Below are positions 56,663 through 64,000 of a DNA stretch of 64,000 nt, piece after piece. The number at the start of each line of letters is the position of its first letter. Positions within the stretch are counted from its first letter, which is position 1. The translations under genes and the position numbers were made by a program. The DNA lies in NCBI GenBank assembly GCA_002104945.1, contig MCFH01000006.1:806001-870000 (forward strand), written 5' to 3'. This stretch comes from Piromyces finnis finn. Lineage: Eukaryota > Fungi > Neocallimastigomycota. A model generated the notes under the pieces. That model was not told the DNA's origin. It made no database searches and saw nothing but the letters and a program-made list of their open reading frames with translations.

Positions 56663-58216
56663 TGTTTTATATTTAGTTGATACAGTATCAATATAAATAC
56701 TAAAAATATAATAATAACTCGTTACGTTATATAATGAAATACTTTCTAAAATTATTGTTATTTTTTTTATATTAAATAGCAAATGATATCATGCTTAATT
56801 TCACATGATCACTTAACATCCCTTAAAATTGGTTTGAAATTAAATAAAATATTTAATGAGCAGGAAGAGCGTGATTATTCAGACTTAACAGAAATTAATC
56901 ATATTTTATTATTCCCAACTGTTTATGATACGGACGATAATATGATTACTTTAATTCCTGAATTAGAATCTACTATGTCAAGAAATTCTGTTGATCCTAC
57001 AGCATTAACTGATCCATCTACACATATATATTCTAAAAATATATTATTAAAAGTATTTATTGATGATGAAGATTCTATCAACAAAATACCAATGCATGCT
57101 TATCATTCATTAACCAACTTACTTCAAGATCCAAATTTAATAATACCATTATTAGAATTAGAAATGTAAATGTTCTATTATTTTCTAAAACTAGAATAAT
57201 TAAAATTGTTTATTTTATTTAATACTTAAATGTTTAATTATTTAACATTTATATAATACAGTAAAATAGATGAAATTGTAAATAACAAAAACTTATTAAA
57301 GGAAGATATTGATACACAGATTATCAATGTTGTCAAAGAAAAATACATCATTGAAGATATTCCACAAAAAGAAAATGATGAAAATGACGAAAGTCTTCTT
57401 AGCAAAGTATTTACTGGCCATCAAAAAAATTCAATATCTGTTACTACTAATCGTTTATACTTGGATGCATTATTAAGAAATTCAATGTTTGAAGAATTTT
57501 TCTACACATCTATGGATTTATTCATGGTAATTATAAATATTTCTTTTAACTAAAAATAAAATAAGTATGAATATAAATATACTGTTTCATTGCATATATT
57601 AATAAAAATTTTTTATCTAATAATTCATAGCAATACTTCCAATTAGATTTTTCAAGAACAATTATATCAACTATTGATCGAATTGCTCTTGCTAAAGTTA
57701 AAGAATATATTGATCAAATTTATCAAAGAATTGCTTCGGATATCACTGATGTTATTAATGATATTCAACAGATTCAAACATTTAATAAGGAATCATTTGA
57801 ACAACTTTTTAAAAAGCTAACTGATAATATTCTTATGGTGGCAGATTTAATTGCATTATTAAATAAGATTGGGGTATTATGTTCTAATGGTATTCAAATT
57901 ATTCCTTTATTAGATGACAAAGGAGGTATTTTCTTTAACTATACACAATCATTTTTAATTGAATTGATAGAGTAAGTATAATAATAATTTAAATAGATAA
58001 ATTAAATATATATATATATATAAACTTCATTATATTATTAATAACCAATGATAATAAATATTATAACAAATATTTAGGCAACTTTCTTCATCATTATACT
58101 CCTTTATTGCTACTGTTAAGATTATTTCAGACAAAACAAATTATGGATTTTCAACAGAGTAATTAATTTGAAATCTATAAATTCTAATATATTATAATTC
58201 ATTTATTAATTTAACA

Positions 58217-58256
<40 letters not shown>

Positions 58257-58465
58257 TTATAATTATTATATGAAGTAATTTAAAAAACCAAGTAATTGAA
58301 AAAATAGTAATAAATGAAGATATTATTAAAAGAAAACCACTTTATGATTACTATAAAATAAAATCATATAATGAAAACTTTGAATTAACCATTAATACGA
58401 TTGATTGTATAATAAATGATTTAAATAACTTTGATAATTTAAATATTGATCTTAATAATCTATAA
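53385..58465 (+). CDS. Large many-exon WD40-repeat protein with a helical C-terminal region; boundaries approximate
   Basis: WD-type exons include LIHLWNIER, IYKAKFCPHLSSSHLIAAAGSNGKLQIYD, ITDIAWNPFVPYWLA, IVNIWDLRYNKGHVGQISGHYHSIKS|IAWSNTHSEILATGSLDRSFNTWNFK. Several downstream coding-like exons lie on the same strand. Confidence 0.7.
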
Positions 58466-58902
58466 ATAGTTGTAATCGTAGCATAGTAGAAATTAACATT
58501 ATAAAATAATTTAATAAAATAAATTATTATAAAAAAAATAAAAATAAAAATAAATATTTAAAAGCAAAAATAAAAATAAAGAAATATGCATTTATATTAT
58601 ATAAATGATATTCTATATTTTAAAATAAATATATTTATATATACACATGAAAAAAAGAAATAACTATGAATATTGATAATAATAATTAAATATATATATT
58701 AAAAATATTATTAAAAATATAATCATACACTATAACCATTATTTTTCTTTCGTTGTAGTTTCAAATAAAAATATATGTTATATAATTAATTATTCTTTTA
58801 TTACTATTATTATTGTTGTTGTTATTGTTATTATTTATTTATTAAATATTTTGAAGTTTTATAAAATCATTAATTATGTTGTTTTCAAAAATTCTAATTA
58901 TT

Positions 58903-59680
58903 TTAATTTTCTAATTTTGCAAGTATCTTTTCATGAATAGCCTTAAATTGTTCTTCAGAAAGTTTCTATTAAAATAAAAAATAATGATATTATTATTAAT
59001 ATTAGTATTCATTTTTATATAAATTCTTTGGTTATATAGTTATATTGGTAATAAGGAATAAAAATATATATATATAGTAATACACAAAGATATCATTCAC
59101 GCTTTCATACCTTAGTTGGCCATTTAATAATAAGACCACCATTTTCATCCTTTGGAATTACATGGAAATGAACATGCATAACTTCTTGATGAGCTAATTT
59201 TCCATTGTTTTGTAATATGTTATAGTCAGTACAACCTACAGCTTTGGCAATCTTTCAAAAAAAAAATAATAATAATAATAATAAGTATATATATGTATGT
59301 ATGTATGTATTTATATATGTATGTGTATTTGAATATATTAAAAAAGTGATAATGATAACAATTAAGTATACAATTCATTTAAACATATTAAAAAAAAATA
59401 CCTTCTTAGCAACTGGTAAAACATCATGAAGATATTCATCTGGAATATCACCAATCTTTTGACCATGGTCTAAATTATTTAATTATAAAATATATGTTAA
59501 TGTTTTAATTCAAAGAATAATAATAAACTGATAATAGACTTCACATTTTGGAATAATTAAAGCATGGCCTTCATTTAATGGTCCGATATCAAGGAAAGAG
59601 TAAACGGTATCAGTTTCAATTAATTTATATGATTTAATTTCTTGACGAATAATTTTACAAAATATGCAATTGGAATCCAT
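58903..59680 (-). CDS. HNT1: Histidine triad nucleotide-binding protein (HINT/Hnt1); 4 exons
   Basis: MDSNCIFCKII...FLDIGPLNEGHALIIPK|..YNILQNNGKLAHQEVMHVHFHVIPK, containing the HxHxH triad. Confidence 0.95.
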
Positions 59681-60319
59681 TATTTACTTTTATAATTTAT
59701 ATAACTATTTAAAAAAAAAAAAAAAAAAAATCAATGAAATAAAAATCGAAAATCAATATAAAAGCTTATTGGCAAATAATAATTTGTCTTTATGTGTTTT
59801 TTACATATATTTATAAAATTATTATTTAAATCTTGTGTAACAAAAAAATAATTTTCTTTATTAAAATTTTATTTAAAATATCTGATACGGGTTAATTTTA
59901 TGTAGAAAGAATTAAACTTTAATTAATATATATTTTATTAATAATTTTATCTATAACGTTCCAATATTTCTATTCTGTCTAAATACTAAAACGTTCTGTC
60001 GTTGTCAAATATTAAAATTCTAACTAAAACAAGAAGCCCTTTTTAATAATATTTATTCTAGTCTATTTATACTAATGAGGCTTACTTAGTAATTAATTGT
60101 CCAATTATAAGGCTGGAACTATATGGATCATTCATTTACAATACTCTTTTACATTACATGATATTACATTTGTCGTACATTTACATTATATTCTTATACA
60201 TTGTAGAAATAATTAATATTATAATAAATCTATATAAATTTAATATTAGGAAAAATTACTAATATAATAATATGTTCAAGTCACATATTATTTTTATATC
60301 ATATCTTTAAAATAAAAAA

Positions 60320-61585
60320 ATGTGGGAAGAATTCATTAAAAAAGATTGTAGAATTATAAGACCATTAGATGGTTATGAATGTTGTTTAACTGGAAGTTAT
60401 ATTAATGTAACAGATATTTTTCCAAGGTTTTCAATAGATGAATTTAAGAAAAATGCACAAGAAAATTTATCAAAAATTGAAATATTCAACTTTGCAATTA
60501 AATTTATGGATGGACATTCTTTCTGGATAAAAAAGCCATTTAAAATTCAAATTGAAGAAGTTGAATGGAGTGAAAATGAAGAGATAGAGAATTTTTTAAA
60601 AAATGAAGATAAAATTACTACACCACATCAAAATGTTCGTTATGAAGATGAAAAAGATGTTATTAATTGTTATTTATTTAAATTATGTCATTTAAAAAAA
60701 AATAAAACAAAATTAACATTTTCAGCTTTACATGCTGTTAGTGATGGAAGAACTATATTTACCATGTATGATATTTTACGAAAAATTATTAATGGTGAAC
60801 AAATAGAAAAAATGAATACCCCTCTTTGTTCATTTAATCAAATGAGTAATTTTCATGATTTAAACCCTTCATTATACAATCAACCACCAAAAACATGGAA
60901 TGATATTATTAATCTTTCAATCTTACCAAAAATTAGTGAACCAATTAAATATGTTACAATTCATAATATATATGATTACCCTCCAATTTCTAAATTTTGT
61001 AAACAAAATAATGTCACAGTCCAAGCCATGTTAATTGCTGTTGCATCCCGTGCTGCAAGAAAATTTAATAATTTACCAAAAGAAACACCAATATGGAATT
61101 ATACGCCATGTGATGCTAGAGTATCACCTTATGCCACAGAAACTTTTAAGAATCAGAAATTTTTCTGTAACGCTGGAGCATTATTCCCATGTGTTATAGG
61201 TCAGAATACTGTATTAGATGATATAAAACACTGCATGAAAAAATTACAAGAAAGTATTCCAAAACTTGATAATATAGCACAAATTCTAAGAAGTGCTTTA
61301 TCAGTAGATCCTATTACACTTAAATTTACACCACCAGAAAAAATGCCTGACTTTCATAAACAAGCAGTGGTTGCTTCTTCAAATATTGGACGTGTTAATG
61401 GAAATAATCCTCTCTTCCATCTTTCAATGGATTGTACAAATGAATTTTATTCATTTGCTACTCATTGTTATCACACCGAAAATAAAATTTATATGGCAAC
61501 AATAATGCCTATTAATTTCAACAAAGAATATATAAGCACATTAAATAAAGAGATGGATCTTATTTTTAATATATTATCTGAATAA
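60320..61585 (+). CDS. Intronless HxxxDG-type acyltransferase (stand-alone condensation-domain / alcohol acetyltransferase / PapA-like fold), 421 aa
   Basis: Single ORF with TFSALHAVSDGRTIF (HxxxDG), a second-lobe pattern CKQNNVTVQAMLIAV, and SSNIG near the C-terminus. Confidence 0.75.
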   Translation: MWEEFIKKDCRIIRPLDGYECCLTGSYINVTDIFPRFSIDEFKKNAQENLSKIEIFNFAIKFMDGHSFWIKKPFKIQIEEVEWSENEEIENFLKNEDKITTPHQNVRYEDEKDVINCYLFKLCHLKKNKTKLTFSALHAVSDGRTIFTMYDILRKIINGEQIEKMNTPLCSFNQMSNFHDLNPSLYNQPPKTWNDIINLSILPKISEPIKYVTIHNIYDYPPISKFCKQNNVTVQAMLIAVASRAARKFNNLPKETPIWNYTPCDARVSPYATETFKNQKFFCNAGALFPCVIGQNTVLDDIKHCMKKLQESIPKLDNIAQILRSALSVDPITLKFTPPEKMPDFHKQAVVASSNIGRVNGNNPLFHLSMDCTNEFYSFATHCYHTENKIYMATIMPINFNKEYISTLNKEMDLIFNILSE

Positions 61586-62334
61586 TTTTCTAAAAATATA
61601 TTATTAAAATATTAAATAAGAAAAAGAAGAAAAAGAAGAATATAAAATACTGTATATTATATATTATTCCTATAAACAAACATATAGAATATGTTTTTAA
61701 CTATATAACTTTGTCTAAAATTTCATGTAAATTTATTATATATGTTCTTGATTTTAATAATAATTTAATACTTTTAAAAAAAAATTATTATTTATTATTT
61801 ATTATTTATAATTTATTATTTATTATTTATTTTTTGTTTTTGTTTTTGCTTTTGTTTTTGTTTTTGTTTTTTAAATGGTATTAAAATAATAGATGTTTTT
61901 TTGTTTGTTTTTTTTTAATGGTGTCTAAATATATATATATATTGTTTATTTAATTTTAAATATATATATTATTATTTATTATTAGTAGAATTAAAATATT
62001 AATAATCTAATATCTATATCATTTTTATTTTTAAATTAAAATTATATTTATTATTATTACAAAAATTCATATAAATTTATATTATATTAAATAACATATA
62101 ATATCACATATCTATATTATATTTTTTATTTTTTATTTTTTTTTTTTTCATTTGCTTTATTTTCATAAAAGTAAAATAAATAATCTATATATTATATTGA
62201 TATTTTATATTTTTTTAAAAAATATAATAATCTAAATCTAAAACTATTTATTTAAAATATGATGATATTTTTTATTGTTTTTTGTTTGTTTTGATTCATT
62301 TTGAATTCTCTTATTATTTAACTAGTTCGTATTT

Positions 62335-63750
<1,416 letters not shown>

Positions 63751-64000
63751 AAAAAAAAAAAATATTGTACCGAAAATGAAAACACATATTAATACAAATA
63801 TAAATTATATATTAAATATTTTCTTTTAATCTGTTCAATATTTCTTATTTTATAATTCCTGTGTATTAAAACTAATCTATTTATATAAAAAAAAAAGAAA
63901 AGAAAAGAAAGAAAGAAAGAAATAAAGAAAAAGAAAAGATAATAAAGAAATAAATAAAGTTCTTTATATCTTAAAACTATTTTATGTATAGAAAGTAATT

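Noticed and set aside
53385-58465. Idea that the WD40 protein is a GATOR2/SEA subunit linked to SEH1 in the same window
   Set aside because: No C-terminal RING/zinc motif typical of Mio, WDR24 or WDR59 was seen, and the genes are over 50 kb apart.

Overview
Extremely AT-rich, intron-rich eukaryotic DNA with long homopolymers and (ATT)n tracts. Composition, short GT-AG introns and gene content fit an anaerobic gut fungus (Neocallimastigomycota); this assignment is inferred. I reconstructed about 16 host genes by hand: SEH1 (partial), a coiled-coil protein with a 77-aa repeat, a MARK/Par-1 kinase, dynactin p25, APC11, a giant kinesin-like protein, an OCA1-type phosphatase, a disordered polyproline/WH2-like protein, PRA1/YIP3, a GNAT-domain protein, mitofusin FZO1, a secreted acidic protein, a WD40 protein, HNT1, an intronless HxxxDG acyltransferase and panB/ECM31 (partial). 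There is also a head-to-tail stack of three poly(A)-tailed retroposed segments, one with a 5'-truncated LINE reverse transcriptase. The most striking item is a ~2,500-aa kinesin whose P-loop Thr and switch-II Asp are both replaced (GSGKKY, HLAGSE) while the microtubule-binding PYRESKLT loop is intact. Its tail carries ~44 copies of an 18-residue Cys/Tyr-periodic repeat. No rRNA, tRNA or CRISPR was recognised. Exon boundaries were read by eye and no database searches were run.
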